Assembly: GCA_963675755.2 (NCBI GenBank) | Contig: CAXXMD010000003.1 | Span: 1,248,001 to 1,312,000, forward strand | DNA from: a bacterium | GTDB taxonomy: Bacteria; Zhuqueibacterota; Zhuqueibacteria; Residuimicrobiales; Krinioviventaceae | Direction of reading: 5' to 3' | DNA length: 64,000 nucleotides | Part shown: piece by piece, positions 19,795-31,298 of the stretch | Numbering within the stretch: position 1 is the first letter of the stretch | How the letters are laid out: each line of letters begins with the position of its first letter | The notes under the pieces: generated by a model | What the model was told of the DNA's origin: nothing | Seen by the model: only the letters and a program-made list of their open reading frames with translations | The model's database searches: none | Position numbers and translations under genes: made by a program

Positions 19795-20505
19795 TTAGAC
19801 CACGGACAGCTTGAATTGACGTAATGTTTTTTCCAGACCCAGCATGATGGACTTTGATACAATAGCCCGGCCCACATTAAATTCTTCAATATACGGAACG
19901 TTTCCCAGCTCACGCAGGTTTTGCTCATTCAATCCCCTGCCAACTGAAACACCGAGTCCCAATTTGTTTGCCGCCATGGCAACAGATTTTATCTGTTCAA
20001 CATGATCGTTCATGGTTCCCAAATCTTCTATACGGGCCAGTGCCGCAGTATTGATCTGGACATAATCCATTCTCGCCCGCGCCGCAGCCCGTATTTGCTG
20101 CACATCCGGTTTAACCAGTGCGCTGACAACAACATTATTGGCCCTATACGCCGCGGTAACATCTTCAATATATTCCAGATTTGTCACCAGATCGAGCGAT
20201 TGTTCAGGTGTTTGCTCGCCGGTTGCCGGCAGCAACGTTACCATATCGGGCAGCCATTTCAAGGTTTTTTTGATCATCTCATCATTCAGGGTAATGGCTA
20301 CATTAAAATGAGATTGAACTACCTGCTTTAATACAATCACATCCCGTTCTGTTATATCCAAAAGATCATCCTTTACCTGTACGGTAATTCCGTCCACGCC
20401 CGCCATCTCTGCGGCTACAGCAGCAGCAACAGGATCGGGAGATTTGCTTTTGTTCAAATTTCGAATATAGGCAATTTGGTTCAGACAAAAACACATTCTA
20501 GCCAT
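19795..20505 (-). CDS. PdxJ (pyridoxine 5'-phosphate synthase) homologue lacking catalytic residues
   Basis: Colinear with PdxJ (PDPV.AA..AE.AG.DGITV, EEFNVG.AI), but H45, E72 and H193 equivalents and most substrate ligands are replaced. Confidence 0.8.
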   Translation of the reverse strand: MARMCFCLNQIAYIRNLNKSKSPDPVAAAVAAEMAGVDGITVQVKDDLLDITERDVIVLKQVVQSHFNVAITLNDEMIKKTLKWLPDMVTLLPATGEQTPEQSLDLVTNLEYIEDVTAAYRANNVVVSALVKPDVQQIRAAARARMDYVQINTAALARIEDLGTMNDHVEQIKSVAMAANKLGLGVSVGRGLNEQNLRELGNVPYIEEFNVGRAIVSKSIMLGLEKTLRQFKLSVV

Positions 20506-20525
20506 TCGGGGCCTTTCCTTTCAAT

Positions 20526-21650
20526 TTAATTGACAAGTTGAGAAATAGAAACAAACTCTATACCCCTCTCGTCAAGCTCGGGTACTTTTTTTTGCAATGC
20601 ATCCAGCGTTTTTTTACGCACATGGCCAATAGCTACTACATTCTCACCTTTGCTGGCCAACTCTGCTATGCGATCAAACTGACTGTTCATAAACTGTTCA
20701 TCATATTTGGCATCGATAAACAGCTTATTGACAGCAGTTTTAACACCCATCCGTCTTGCGGTTTTATAACCCACGGTTTTGGGGCTCGTAAAGCTGTCTA
20801 TAAAAATTTTATCCATGGATTTCAATTCGCTCATTACCGTATTCATCAACTGGGGCTGCATTGTTGCTTTTGAGCCCTGATGATTATTCATTCCTACCGC
20901 TCCGGGAAGTTGAGAAAAAGCCTGTTTTATACGCATCCTGACAATGCTGTTTTCCTGGTTTGCGTACAACATGTAACCATTATCATCATAGGCCGCGTTA
21001 AGCGGTTCCATGGGCATGTGCACCAGCACTTCCTTGCCCAGCAATGAAGCCTCTCTCCCAACGGTTCGGGAATCAGCCAGCCCTGGGATGATCGAGACTG
21101 TTATTGGGTAACGGAAGCGCAAAAACTCACTGGCAAGATTATTATAATCATATCCAAAATCATCAATCACAATGGCTACATAACCTAATGGTAGTTTCCG
21201 TTTAAACAGATAACTGCAAGCCGGCTGTTCATCTATATTAATTTTCATTAAAAACTGGTTTTCATCGGTTTCTTTACAGCTGATTGATGTGTTGGCAAGG
21301 GCTTCCATTCGTTTATCAACAGATGAATATAGTTTAAGAAAATCCATTTTGCGGGGAATTTGCACTTCTACATAACTGCCACGCTGGATCTGCCAATCAT
21401 CCTGAATATGATACTCTTCAAACACATCTTTGATATGCTGCAATACGATGATTTTGTCCCCGTCACTGATTTGCCTTATTTCCGGCTCATCCGGATTCAT
21501 CGTTGCGGGAAGCACCCAAAACCTTGCAGCAGTTAAAATAATCGCAGAAACAGAGAGCGCAATAATCCAGATGGTTCTTGAATCCATCTTGAAATCAAAT
21601 TTCAACTGTTTCTTTTTGGGTGAATTCCCATGAAAAGATTGTCTTCTCAT
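20526..21650 (-). CDS. Divergent polysaccharide deacetylase family protein (YibQ-like) with N-terminal TM
   Basis: AIVIDDFG, HMPMEP, GMNNHQGS, FIDS.T, AIGH motifs. Confidence 0.88.
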   Translation of the reverse strand: MRRQSFHGNSPKKKQLKFDFKMDSRTIWIIALSVSAIILTAARFWVLPATMNPDEPEIRQISDGDKIIVLQHIKDVFEEYHIQDDWQIQRGSYVEVQIPRKMDFLKLYSSVDKRMEALANTSISCKETDENQFLMKINIDEQPACSYLFKRKLPLGYVAIVIDDFGYDYNNLASEFLRFRYPITVSIIPGLADSRTVGREASLLGKEVLVHMPMEPLNAAYDDNGYMLYANQENSIVRMRIKQAFSQLPGAVGMNNHQGSKATMQPQLMNTVMSELKSMDKIFIDSFTSPKTVGYKTARRMGVKTAVNKLFIDAKYDEQFMNSQFDRIAELASKGENVVAIGHVRKKTLDALQKKVPELDERGIEFVSISQLVN

Positions 21651-21651
21651 A

Positions 21652-22290
21652 TTACTTTCCAAATCTGGCTTTTAGTTCACTCCAGGTAGTTGCCGACGCA
21701 TCACCTGTTGCCGTATCACTCCAGCGGTAAATATACCACAAATCCTCAGCTGTTCGCACTAACCTGAATTCTGCCTGTCCCTTGAAAGTGCGGGGACATT
21801 CATCTTCATCACATGTATAGTTTAGCACCAACTCGTATTCCTGCAGCAAAATAACCGAATCCTGATAAGTATCTTCCCGTGAGGATGTGAATTTCAAGCT
21901 GCTTGTAGAGTCTTGCGGCAAATAAAGCATGAGCTGGTTCAGGTAATTCAGCTCATTTTCTTTACCCCATCTTTCAAACAAACCGGGATTATTGACAATT
22001 ACCGACGGATCTGCAAAAAAGGAAAAGGTTTTAGTAGAATTACTTGTATCCGCAAGGCACCTGACATAGTTGGAAATGTTCTTTTCCGAGATTGCGTTGC
22101 GTAAATTAGCCATCACGTAGCTTGCCGAAGTTGGCTGTATCCATGATGATTGCTCAGTAACAGGATCTTCCGGCTCTCTTGTGGAAAACGGGAATTCACA
22201 AGCGCTTGCAATCAAAACAACAAGACAACATAACACTTGAACAAGTGCAAGGTTTCGATTATATTTAACTATTATTTTCAACTGGAGCAA
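21652..22290 (-). CDS. Hypothetical lipoprotein
   Basis: Lipobox-like IASAC followed by FSTREPEDP; start uncertain. Confidence 0.6.
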   Translation of the reverse strand: MLQLKIIVKYNRNLALVQVLCCLVVLIASACEFPFSTREPEDPVTEQSSWIQPTSASYVMANLRNAISEKNISNYVRCLADTSNSTKTFSFFADPSVIVNNPGLFERWGKENELNYLNQLMLYLPQDSTSSLKFTSSREDTYQDSVILLQEYELVLNYTCDEDECPRTFKGQAEFRLVRTAEDLWYIYRWSDTATGDASATTWSELKARFGK

Positions 22291-22292
22291 AT

Positions 22293-22691
22293 ATGTTTTT
22301 TCGTTTTTTAATTTTATTTACCACCATACCCCTTTTAGAGATTTGGCTGCTTTTAGAAATCAGCAAACAACTTGGTGTGTTAGACACAATTGCACTGGTT
22401 ATCATTACCGGTCTTGCCGGAGCCTGGCTTGCCAAATCTCAGGGATTTATGTTATGGCAAAGTATTCAGTTAGAATTACAACAAGGACGAATGCCGTCAG
22501 ATTCCCTGATTGAAGGCCTGCTGCTCTTGATCGGGGGCATTGTACTGCTGACTCCCGGTCTGATTACCGACACTGCAGGTTTGCTGCTGCTTTTTCCACC
22601 GTCACGAAAATGGGTTTTGAAACAGGTTAAAAAACATTTTTCAAACAGAATCCACATTCAACCCATTCACTATGACAATCCTATGGAATAA
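22293..22691 (+). CDS. fxsA: FxsA family membrane protein
   Basis: PLLEIWLL, SQG, GGIVLLTPGLITD motifs. Confidence 0.88.
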   Translation: MFFRFLILFTTIPLLEIWLLLEISKQLGVLDTIALVIITGLAGAWLAKSQGFMLWQSIQLELQQGRMPSDSLIEGLLLLIGGIVLLTPGLITDTAGLLLLFPPSRKWVLKQVKKHFSNRIHIQPIHYDNPME

Positions 22692-22832
22692 ACAAATATA
22701 TCGTTATTCAGCAGTACATTCAAGCTATTTTTTTACACATGGTTTGTTTTTCGGATTGATATTAACCTTTGCATTGTTACAGGGATTTGTTATATTTCAA
22801 CCCTGTTTTAAAAAACAGACGGGTCAAAACTT

Positions 22833-25800
22833 ATGCACTATATTGCCGATATACACATTCATTCATATTACTCCAGGGCTACCAGTAAAAACCTGAACCT
22901 TGAGCATTTAAACAAATGGGCTCAAATCAAGGGACTCAAGGTGGTAGCAACAGGAGATATCACTCATCCTCAATGGCTTGAAGAAATGCGGCAAAAGCTT
23001 GAACCCGCAACAGATGGATTGTTCCGTTTAAAGCCCGAATTTGCCAAAACAACACAATCAGAAGTGCCTGGCGCCTGTAATGACGATATCTATTTTATTC
23101 TCACGGGTGAAATCAGTAATATATATAAAAGACATGATCAGGTCCGCAAGGTCCATAATGTGGTCATGTTCCCTACTCTTGACGCTGTAGCAAAATTTCA
23201 AAACACGCTCGATAAAATCGGCAATATCCGCTCTGACGGTCGCCCGATATTGGGACTGGATTCCAGAGATTTGCTTGAAATTGTGCTTGAAACCGATGAC
23301 CAGGGCGTGCTGATTCCCGCACATATCTGGACTCCCTGGTTCTCCATGTTGGGCTCAAAATCCGGTTTCGACACTGTGGAAGAATGCTTTGGAGACCTGA
23401 CTCCGCATATTTTTGCCATGGAAACCGGTTTATCATCAGATCCGCCTATGAACTGGCGCCTGTCCATGCTGGACAAATACAATCTGGTCTCCAATTCAGA
23501 CGCTCACTCGCCTGCCAAGCTGGCGCGCGAAGCCAATATATTCGATACCGAACTTTCATACCCGGCAATGATTTCTGCTTTAAGGGATAAAAATTCAGAT
23601 GGCTTTTGGGGCACACTGGAATTCTTTCCCGAAGAAGGCAAATACCACATGGACGGTCACCGAAAATGCAACAGCATGACCTATCCCGCGGATACCATCA
23701 AGAACAATGGATTGTGCCCGGTTTGCGGAAAACCCGCCACACTGGGTGTCAGCTATCGCGTTGAAGAACTGGCAGACCGCCCGGAAGGAGAAAAACCGGC
23801 AGACGCCAAACCCTTTATGAGCCTGGTGCCTTTACCTGAACTGATCAGTGAAGAAAAAGGTGTGGGTCCCAACAGCAAAACCGTACAAACCCGTTATTTT
23901 CAGCTTTTAAACGAACTTGGTTCCGAACTCGATATATTGATGAACCTTCCCCTTGCAGACATTGAAAAAGCGGGAGGTTCTCTGCTGGCTGAAGGCATTC
24001 GCAGGATGCGTGAAGCTGAAGTGCTCCCCCAGCCAGGCTATGATGGTGAATACGGAATTATCAGGGTGTTTCAGGGTACAGATCGGCAGGATATTCTACA
24101 GCAGGGCATACTTTTCCAGACCGAAAGTGTTCCTGAAACCAAGCCCGCGACTGAAAAACCCATCTTAACCCCTAAAAAAGAAAAAAATGCCGAATCAATC
24201 CTCAGGGAAAATCCGCAAACAGATTATGGGTTAAACCAAGAACAGCGGCAGGCAGTATCGCATCGGGACGCCCCGCTGATCATCAAAGCTGGGCCCGGCA
24301 CCGGAAAAACCCGTACGCTGACCGAGCGCATTGCCTCTCTGGTCTTGAAAGACAAGGCAAAACCCGAGCAAGTTCTTGCCGTTACTTTTACTCACAAAGC
24401 CGCCGATGAAATGCGTGATCGTCTTGCAAAACTGCTTTCGGAAGTAACTGTTAAAAACATGCAGGTATTGACATTTCATGCTCTTGGCGCGCAACTGCTG
24501 AGAAAAACAGAATATTTTGCCGGAAGAGACAATACCTTTAGCATTATTGATACAGAAAACGACAAGCACTTTCAGGAAACTTTTGCAGATCGTCACGGCA
24601 AACTAACCAAAGCTTTACTACGTAACATTTCCATAATAAAAGGACAGGGGTACGATCCTGATTCCATACCTGAAGAACAAATCGCTGAATTGCCTGAAAA
24701 CTTTATCAACCAATATCGAAACTATGAAGAACTGCTGACATCGTTAAATGCAGTGGATTACGATGACCTGGTACTGCTTCCGGTACGTTTGCTGCGCAAC
24801 GATCCTGACCTGCGTCGGGACTGGCTGCAAAACATTCAATACATATCGGTAGATGAATTTCAGGACATAAACCGTGTGCAGTATGAACTGCTATCGCTTT
24901 TCTCGGTAACCGCTCAGGATATCTGTGTAATAGGTGACCCGGACCAGGCTATATATGGATTCAGGGGAGCCAGCAATGCATTTTTTGACCAGTTTATAAA
25001 AGATTTTCCGGATGTTGTAACCATCTCGCTGAAACGTAACTATCGTTCAGCCCAAAATATTTTAAATGCCTCCAGACAGATCCTGAATGTGGGGAAAGAA
25101 GCGCCGCAAGACAGATTATGGTCTAACCTGGCGCCGGAAGTCAAAGTCAACATGCATTCCTGCCTAACCGACAAGGCCGAGGCGGAATTTATTGTGCATC
25201 GCATAGAGCAGCTTGTTGGCGGTACCAGTTTTTTCTCAATGGACAGCAGCCGTGTGGATGATCGCGGCCTACCTGAAAGCTATGTCTTTTCTGACATGGC
25301 GGTATTGCTTCGCAGTCGTCAATTACTTCCAGCACTTGTTGAAGCACTTGACCGTTCAGGAATCCCCTTTAGCAGCTTTGACGAATCACCTGTCACCGCA
25401 GAGCCTGTATTTCTCTTTCTTACATCTGCCTTTAATCAGATGATTGGCAATCCCCTTTCTGACATTCAAGCCCAATATCTCTTGCTGCCTTTTTGCGGAT
25501 TTCCGGAGGATACACAAGACATACCCGCTGATACCGAAAACAACGAATTTTACCAGGCATTCCTGAACGAGCTGGAAGAAAAAGAACCTGACCAATCTGT
25601 AACAGAAACAGTCCGGTGGTTATGGGAATGGATAGAACAAAACAATGCCGAGTTGGAAAAAAGCCTTAAACTCAAACTCTTGAATTTATCAGAATCCTTT
25701 GCGGACAATCACGAAGCCTTTTTAGACGCGTTGATGCTGCAAACCAAAATCGACACCTTTGATGACAGAGCAGATAAGGTTAAAATTTTAACCCTGCACG

Positions 25801-26099
25801 CATCAAAAGGTCTGGAATTCCCGGTGGTCTTTATTCCGGGTTGCGAGGAAAATATAATTCCACATCGCATTCCGGGACAAAAACCCAATCTGGATGAAGA
25901 AAGAAGATTGCTATATGTGGGAATGACCCGGGCAAAACAACAGTTATACTTGTCCCATTGCAAAAAACGCCTTATATTTGGACATACACAAGAGCAGACA
26001 GCCTCTCGTTTTCTGGCATCTATCTCTAACAGTCTGCTTGAACATGGAAAACAGGAAAGAAAAAAGGGAATCAAAAGCAATCAAATGGACCTGTTTTAG
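22833..26099 (+). CDS. Fusion of a PHP/endonuclease Q-like (YqxK) domain and a UvrD/PcrA-like SF1 helicase
   Basis: [48 protein letters not shown]; then [51 protein letters not shown]. Confidence 0.9.
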   Translation: MHYIADIHIHSYYSRATSKNLNLEHLNKWAQIKGLKVVATGDITHPQWLEEMRQKLEPATDGLFRLKPEFAKTTQSEVPGACNDDIYFILTGEISNIYKRHDQVRKVHNVVMFPTLDAVAKFQNTLDKIGNIRSDGRPILGLDSRDLLEIVLETDDQGVLIPAHIWTPWFSMLGSKSGFDTVEECFGDLTPHIFAMETGLSSDPPMNWRLSMLDKYNLVSNSDAHSPAKLAREANIFDTELSYPAMISALRDKNSDGFWGTLEFFPEEGKYHMDGHRKCNSMTYPADTIKNNGLCPVCGKPATLGVSYRVEELADRPEGEKPADAKPFMSLVPLPELISEEKGVGPNSKTVQTRYFQLLNELGSELDILMNLPLADIEKAGGSLLAEGIRRMREAEVLPQPGYDGEYGIIRVFQGTDRQDILQQGILFQTESVPETKPATEKPILTPKKEKNAESILRENPQTDYGLNQEQRQAVSHRDAPLIIKAGPGTGKTRTLTERIASLVLKDKAKPEQVLAVTFTHKAADEMRDRLAKLLSEVTVKNMQVLTFHALGAQLLRKTEYFAGRDNTFSIIDTENDKHFQETFADRHGKLTKALLRNISIIKGQGYDPDSIPEEQIAELPENFINQYRNYEELLTSLNAVDYDDLVLLPVRLLRNDPDLRRDWLQNIQYISVDEFQDINRVQYELLSLFSVTAQDICVIGDPDQAIYGFRGASNAFFDQFIKDFPDVVTISLKRNYRSAQNILNASRQILNVGKEAPQDRLWSNLAPEVKVNMHSCLTDKAEAEFIVHRIEQLVGGTSFFSMDSSRVDDRGLPESYVFSDMAVLLRSRQLLPALVEALDRSGIPFSSFDESPVTAEPVFLFLTSAFNQMIGNPLSDIQAQYLLLPFCGFPEDTQDIPADTENNEFYQAFLNELEEKEPDQSVTETVRWLWEWIEQNNAELEKSLKLKLLNLSESFADNHEAFLDALMLQTKIDTFDDRADKVKILTLHASKGLEFPVVFIPGCEENIIPHRIPGQKPNLDEERRLLYVGMTRAKQQLYLSHCKKRLIFGHTQEQTASRFLASISNSLLEHGKQERKKGIKSNQMDLF

Positions 26100-26110
26100 A
26101 TAGGAAGCAA

Positions 26111-27157
26111 ATGAAAACAATTGATCTGAGAAGCGATACCGTTACAAAACCCACCCCGGCCATGCGTGATTTTATTACCAACGCACCCGTAGGCGATGAC
26201 GTCTTTGGTGAAGACCCAACAATTAATGAATTGCAAAAACGAACCGCCGAATTACTGGGCAAAGACGCTGCCCTGTTTGTGCCAAGTGGTACCATGGCAA
26301 ACCAGATCGCTATTAAATGCCACACTATTCCCGGCGACGAAGTAATTTGTGAAAAAGGATGTCATATATTCAATTACGAGGGTGGTGCGGGCAGTATGCT
26401 ATCAGGTATCCAATACAACACACTCGTTGGAGATTACGGCCGCATCAATCCGGACCAGATCAAACAGGCCATACGCCCCAAAGACAGTCATTACGCACAA
26501 ACCCGCCTCGTAGAGTTGGAAAATACTCACAACTCGGCAGGAGGCACAATATACCCTATCGATCTGATCAAAGAAATCCGCAAAACTGCAGAATTTTATG
26601 ATTTAAAAATGCATCTGGACGGTGCAAGGCTGTGGAACGCTCATGTTGCCACAGGTGTACCGCTGAGCGAATATGCAGCACAATTTGATTCGGTATCCGT
26701 CTGTTTTTCTAAAGGGTTAGGTGCGCCAGTCGGCTCTGCCATTGCAGGCTCTTATGAATTGATCAACAGAGCGCACCGGTACCGTAAAATGTTTGGCGGA
26801 GGAATGCGTCAGGCGGGTCTGTTGGCCGCGGGAGCGCTATATGCCCTTGACAACAACCTGCAAAAACTTGACAAAGATCATCAAAATGCCAGAACCCTTG
26901 CCGAATTCCTAAACTCTGTTGATGGTGTGACTGTAAATTTAAAAGAAACGGCTACCAATATAGTTATTGCAGATTTTTCACAATTTAATGTACCTGCACC
27001 CGCTATTGCCTCAAGCCTGCAAAACAGTGGCGTATTGTGCATCGCCTTTTCCGATACAAGAATTCGCTTTGTAACTCATCTTGAAATAGAAGAAAATGAC
27101 ATTCGTGCTGCTATTGATATCATGACTAATAAATTTGAAAAAAGGGATTTTTCATGA
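26111..27157 (+). CDS. ltaE: Low-specificity L-threonine aldolase
   Basis: [35 protein letters not shown]. Confidence 0.93.
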   Translation: MKTIDLRSDTVTKPTPAMRDFITNAPVGDDVFGEDPTINELQKRTAELLGKDAALFVPSGTMANQIAIKCHTIPGDEVICEKGCHIFNYEGGAGSMLSGIQYNTLVGDYGRINPDQIKQAIRPKDSHYAQTRLVELENTHNSAGGTIYPIDLIKEIRKTAEFYDLKMHLDGARLWNAHVATGVPLSEYAAQFDSVSVCFSKGLGAPVGSAIAGSYELINRAHRYRKMFGGGMRQAGLLAAGALYALDNNLQKLDKDHQNARTLAEFLNSVDGVTVNLKETATNIVIADFSQFNVPAPAIASSLQNSGVLCIAFSDTRIRFVTHLEIEENDIRAAIDIMTNKFEKRDFS

Positions 27158-28503
27158 AAATACTTATCGTAGGCGCGGGCCAGGTGGGTTTGCACCTGGG
27201 AAAAATCTTGTCCGCTGAAAACCACGATATAACCGTTATCGACTCGAACCCGGATGTATGCAAAAAAGCCAACGACCTGCTGGATGCCCTGGTACTTGAA
27301 GGAAATGGTTCTGATCAGGAAATCCTGAAAAAAGGTGGTCTGGAAAGCAGTGATATGATTATTACGGTCACTGCTGTAGACGAGGTAAACGTTCTTGCTT
27401 GTATGATTGCCGCCAAAGCCGGCGTTAAAACCAAAATTGCCAGACTGCGCAATACGGCTTATAGCGATCCCAATGCTATCCTTAAAAAAGAAGATATGGG
27501 CATTGATTACATAATCCATCCGGAAGAAGAAACCGCTCGCGAACTGGTATGGCTCATCAAAAGAACAGCTGCCACAGATGTTGTAGAATTTGCCGAAGGC
27601 AGAATTCAGTTGATCGGCTTGAGAATTGACCGAAATTCTCCTATTTTGAACAAATCCTTTCAACAGATCACTGAACAATATCCCGATGCCCTGTTCCGTG
27701 TTGTTGCAATTTTCCGTGGTAATCAGAAAACCATCATCCCTACCGGTAAAGATGTTGTAAACCAGGGTGACCAGTTGTTCTTTATAACAGAAACGAGCCG
27801 CGTTCCACAGATTTTGTCGTTAGCCGGCAAAAGTGAAGAAAAAATGGAAAACCTGATGATATTAGGCGGCGGTATGGTTGGCAGATTGGTGGCTGCTGAA
27901 ATGGAAAAAGACCGTCATATTACCATAAAACTAATAGAAAGCAGCAGAGCAAAATCCGAGAAAATTGCCCGGGCCGTTCAAAGGACCTTGATTATTATGG
28001 GAGACGGAACCGACATTGATTTATTGGCAACAGAGGGCATTATGGACATGGATGGCTACATTGCCGTGACCAACGACGAAGAGACCAACATTATCTCGTG
28101 CCTGCTGGCTAAACATCTGGGTGTAAAACGCACATTGGCTCTTGTTAACCGTTCAGATTATATGCCGGTCATGTCATCTATTGGTTTGGACGCAGCAGTA
28201 GACCAGCAAATGATCACTGCAAATGCAATTTTACGCTTTATCAGACGCGGTAATATCATCTCTTTTGCGACATTGAGAGGTATTGAAGCCGAAGTATTTG
28301 AAATAAACGTGGGCAAAAAGTCCAAAATTGCCAATAAAACCGTCAAACAATGCAAGATTCCACGTGACATTATTATTGGCCTGATCATGCGAAATGGTAC
28401 CGTAATTGTACCTACCGGTGATTCCAGACTTGAACCCGATGACAATCTGATCATTTTCTCACTTCCCAAAATGGTCAAAACCGTAGAAAAATTATTCGGC
28501 TAA
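27154..28503 (+). CDS. trkA: Trk potassium uptake regulatory subunit
   Basis: Two RCK domains (GAGQVG; GGGMVG); adjacent to trkH. Confidence 0.93.
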   Translation: MKILIVGAGQVGLHLGKILSAENHDITVIDSNPDVCKKANDLLDALVLEGNGSDQEILKKGGLESSDMIITVTAVDEVNVLACMIAAKAGVKTKIARLRNTAYSDPNAILKKEDMGIDYIIHPEEETARELVWLIKRTAATDVVEFAEGRIQLIGLRIDRNSPILNKSFQQITEQYPDALFRVVAIFRGNQKTIIPTGKDVVNQGDQLFFITETSRVPQILSLAGKSEEKMENLMILGGGMVGRLVAAEMEKDRHITIKLIESSRAKSEKIARAVQRTLIIMGDGTDIDLLATEGIMDMDGYIAVTNDEETNIISCLLAKHLGVKRTLALVNRSDYMPVMSSIGLDAAVDQQMITANAILRFIRRGNIISFATLRGIEAEVFEINVGKKSKIANKTVKQCKIPRDIIIGLIMRNGTVIVPTGDSRLEPDDNLIIFSLPKMVKTVEKLFG

Positions 28504-28519
28504 TTAAAGGTGCCTGTCA

Positions 28520-29962
28520 ATGAATTATAAAGCCGTATTGCATGTATTGAGCGCATTGCTGGTTTTTGAGGGGCTGTCTCTGCTTCCCCCTTTGGGTTTT
28601 TCCCTGTATTATCACGATCATGATGCCACCGCATTTATAATTTCTATTTTGATCTGTATCGTTGTAGGTGGCGTTTTGTATTTTTTCACCCGTACCCGTG
28701 GCGATTTGAGAATTCGCGAGGGATTTGCCATTGTAGGTTTTGGCTGGACTACCCTTGCTATCTTTGGCGCCATACCTTTTTATCTGTCAGGCGCTATCCC
28801 CTCCTATACCGATGCATTTTTCGAAACCATGTCCGGATTTACCACAACCGGGGCAAGTATTCTTACCGACATTGAATCCATGCCGCATGGTATTTTGTTT
28901 TGGCGCAGTCTTACCCACTGGCTGGGTGGAATGGGTATTATTGTTCTTTCCATCGCAATTCTTCCCATTTTGGGTGTCGGTGGAATGCAGTTGTTCAAAG
29001 CCGAAGTACCGGGCCCAACTCCGGACAAGTTGAGTCCCCGTATCAAAGAAACCGCCAAAATATTGTGGGTGGTTTACCTGCTCTTGTCTGCAATTGAAAC
29101 CGTTTTGCTCATGTTTGGGGGAATGGACCTGTTTGACTCGCTCTGCCACACATTCGGTACCATGGCAACCGGCGGATTTTCAACAAAAAACGCCAGTATA
29201 GGTCATTATAACAGCATTTATATCGAAACCATTATCATCATTTTCATGTTCCTGGCAGGGACCAATTTCAGCCTGCATTACGCAGTACTAAAAGGAAACC
29301 TCAAAGCATACTGGAAAGACCGGGAATTCCTGTTTTACCTGAAATTCACTGTCCTGATTACAATTATTGTAACAATTGTGGTCTATTTTAGCGGTTATTC
29401 CAGTATTGGGCACGCTTTTCGCGGCGCAATATTTCAGGTTGTTTCCATTACCACGACAACCGGTTATGGTACACACGACTTTGAACAGTGGTCCGGTGGC
29501 GGACAATTGATCATGCTCATTCTCATGTTCATGGGAGGATGCGCAGGATCAACGGGCGGTTCTATTAAAATGATCCGTATTATGATTGTTTTAAAACAAG
29601 GTGTGAATGAGATCAAAAAATTGCTGCATCCCAACGCCTTTATGCCGCTTCGATTGGGTGGCAGGGTCATTCAACCCGATGTAGTCACCAATGTTTTGGG
29701 ATTTTTTCTGATCTACATGCTCATCTTTACCACGGGCTCTGTTATTATGGCTCTGCTGGGCCTTGATCTGATAACCGCAACGTCCAGTGTGGCTGCTACC
29801 CTGGGAAATATTGGTCCGGGACTAGGAATGGTCGGTCCGACCGATCATTATGCGTATGTACCTATGTTTGGGAAATGGGTATTATCATTTTTCATGCTTT
29901 TAGGAAGACTGGAATTATATACCATATTAATCCTCATTATACCGGAATTCTGGAAAAAATAA
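28520..29962 (+). CDS. trkH: Trk potassium uptake membrane subunit
   Basis: SGFTTTG, ATGGF, TTTGY, GGCAGSTGG, NIGPG, MLLGRLE. Confidence 0.95.
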   Translation: MNYKAVLHVLSALLVFEGLSLLPPLGFSLYYHDHDATAFIISILICIVVGGVLYFFTRTRGDLRIREGFAIVGFGWTTLAIFGAIPFYLSGAIPSYTDAFFETMSGFTTTGASILTDIESMPHGILFWRSLTHWLGGMGIIVLSIAILPILGVGGMQLFKAEVPGPTPDKLSPRIKETAKILWVVYLLLSAIETVLLMFGGMDLFDSLCHTFGTMATGGFSTKNASIGHYNSIYIETIIIIFMFLAGTNFSLHYAVLKGNLKAYWKDREFLFYLKFTVLITIIVTIVVYFSGYSSIGHAFRGAIFQVVSITTTTGYGTHDFEQWSGGGQLIMLILMFMGGCAGSTGGSIKMIRIMIVLKQGVNEIKKLLHPNAFMPLRLGGRVIQPDVVTNVLGFFLIYMLIFTTGSVIMALLGLDLITATSSVAATLGNIGPGLGMVGPTDHYAYVPMFGKWVLSFFMLLGRLELYTILILIIPEFWKK

Positions 29963-30012
29963 TGGAACTTTACGCAATTAGCGTATTTAACATTATATAA
30001 TAACAAGAGTAC

Positions 30013-30041
30013 TTGACTTTGTCAATAAAAAATAATAAATT
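30013..30041 (+). promoter_or_regulatory. Putative promoter TTGACT-N17-TAAATT upstream of the sigma factor gene
   Basis: 17-bp spacing; the -35 box overlaps a TTGAC-ttt-GTCAA palindrome. Confidence 0.5.
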
Positions 30042-30215
30042 AGATGATGTCTGTATCTCTGCATCGTTATGTGTCAATAATTTTGGCTCATTGCGAAAAT
30101 TTCTATCAATCTATTGAATTTTTAGAAATAAATATTTGTTAAAACCAATGACCGACCGGATTCGTTTAGAACCAGGCCAGAGTTGTTTATTATGAACCTC
30201 TAAAGGAAAAGATCG

Positions 30216-31103
30216 TTGGAAGAAGAAATCACCAAAAAAGCGGTAAAAAACAAAAAAGTTAAAGAAAAAGAAGTTCGTACCAAAGAATCTATTGAAAAGT
30301 ACCTTGAAGAAATTGGTAACTTTTCACCTCTTCCTCCGGAACAGGAAATTTCCCTGGCAGGTAGAATTCGTCAGGGAGATGAATCCGCACTTGAAGAATT
30401 GGTTAAAGCCAATCTTCGTTTCGTCATAAGCGTTGCCAAGGAATACCAGGGACAGGGCCTGCCGTTACAGGATCTGATCAGCGAAGGTAACCTTGGATTG
30501 ATCAAAGCAGCTCAAAGATTTGATGAAACCCGTGGATTCAAATTCATCTCATATGCTGTATGGTGGATTCGTCAGTCCATTCTTCAGGCGTTGGCCGAAC
30601 AATCACGCGTTGTGCGTTTGCCCCTCAATAGAGTAGGTGCAATAAATAAAGTCGGCAGGGCTCTGGAAGATTTGGAGAAAAAATTCGGACGCGAACCCAG
30701 CATGGATGAAATTGCAGGTAGAATGGAAATGTCTTCCCTGGAAGTTGCAGATGTTTTAAAAACATCCGCCCGTCACCTCTCTCTTGACGAACCTTTCAAA
30801 GAAGACGAAGGTAACAGTTTGCTCGATGTATTGGAAAGTGATAGATATGAACCCCCGGATGGCAAGCTGATGCGCGCGTCTCTTCGCGAAGAAATTGAAA
30901 AAGTATTGTCTACATTAAAATCCAGAGAAGCTGAAATCGTTAAACTCTATTTCGGTTTGGACGGAGACAGACCCCTTACGCTTGAAGAGATTGGCGAATA
31001 TTTTGAATTGACACGTGAACGTGTCCGCCAGATCAAAGAAAAAGCATTACGACGCCTGCGTCATCGCTCGCGGCTTGATCCGCTGAGAAAATATTTAGGT
31101 TAA
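30216..31103 (+). CDS. rpoD: RNA polymerase sigma factor, RpoD/SigA family (short form lacking region 1.1)
   Basis: ANLRFVISVAK, DLISEGNLGL, SYAVWWIRQSILQALAEQSR, TRERVRQI. Confidence 0.88.
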   Translation: MEEEITKKAVKNKKVKEKEVRTKESIEKYLEEIGNFSPLPPEQEISLAGRIRQGDESALEELVKANLRFVISVAKEYQGQGLPLQDLISEGNLGLIKAAQRFDETRGFKFISYAVWWIRQSILQALAEQSRVVRLPLNRVGAINKVGRALEDLEKKFGREPSMDEIAGRMEMSSLEVADVLKTSARHLSLDEPFKEDEGNSLLDVLESDRYEPPDGKLMRASLREEIEKVLSTLKSREAEIVKLYFGLDGDRPLTLEEIGEYFELTRERVRQIKEKALRRLRHRSRLDPLRKYLG

Positions 31104-31106
31104 TTT

Positions 31107-31134
31107 AAAGCCCTTCAATTGAAGGGCTTTTTTT
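31107..31134 (+). terminator. Intrinsic terminator after the sigma gene
   Basis: AAAGCCCTTC-aatt-GAAGGGCTTT followed by further Ts. Confidence 0.85.
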
Positions 31135-31298
31135 ATTTCTATTCAGTTTAGATTGATATGATTCCAGTGTAATAATATCAAATTTTCCCGGTTCCTTAAA
31201 TTTGCCGGGCAAATACATGCAGCAAAACCCCTTATAAAAAAAGGGTGAACACTTTTCATGCGCACCCTAATTTTTTGTCAAAACATTACCAAAATTAC

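Noticed and set aside
22260-22300. Divergent genes only 2 bp apart (lipoprotein and fxsA)
   Set aside because: The lipoprotein start is uncertain (a downstream TTG is possible), so the overlap is not evidence of anything special.
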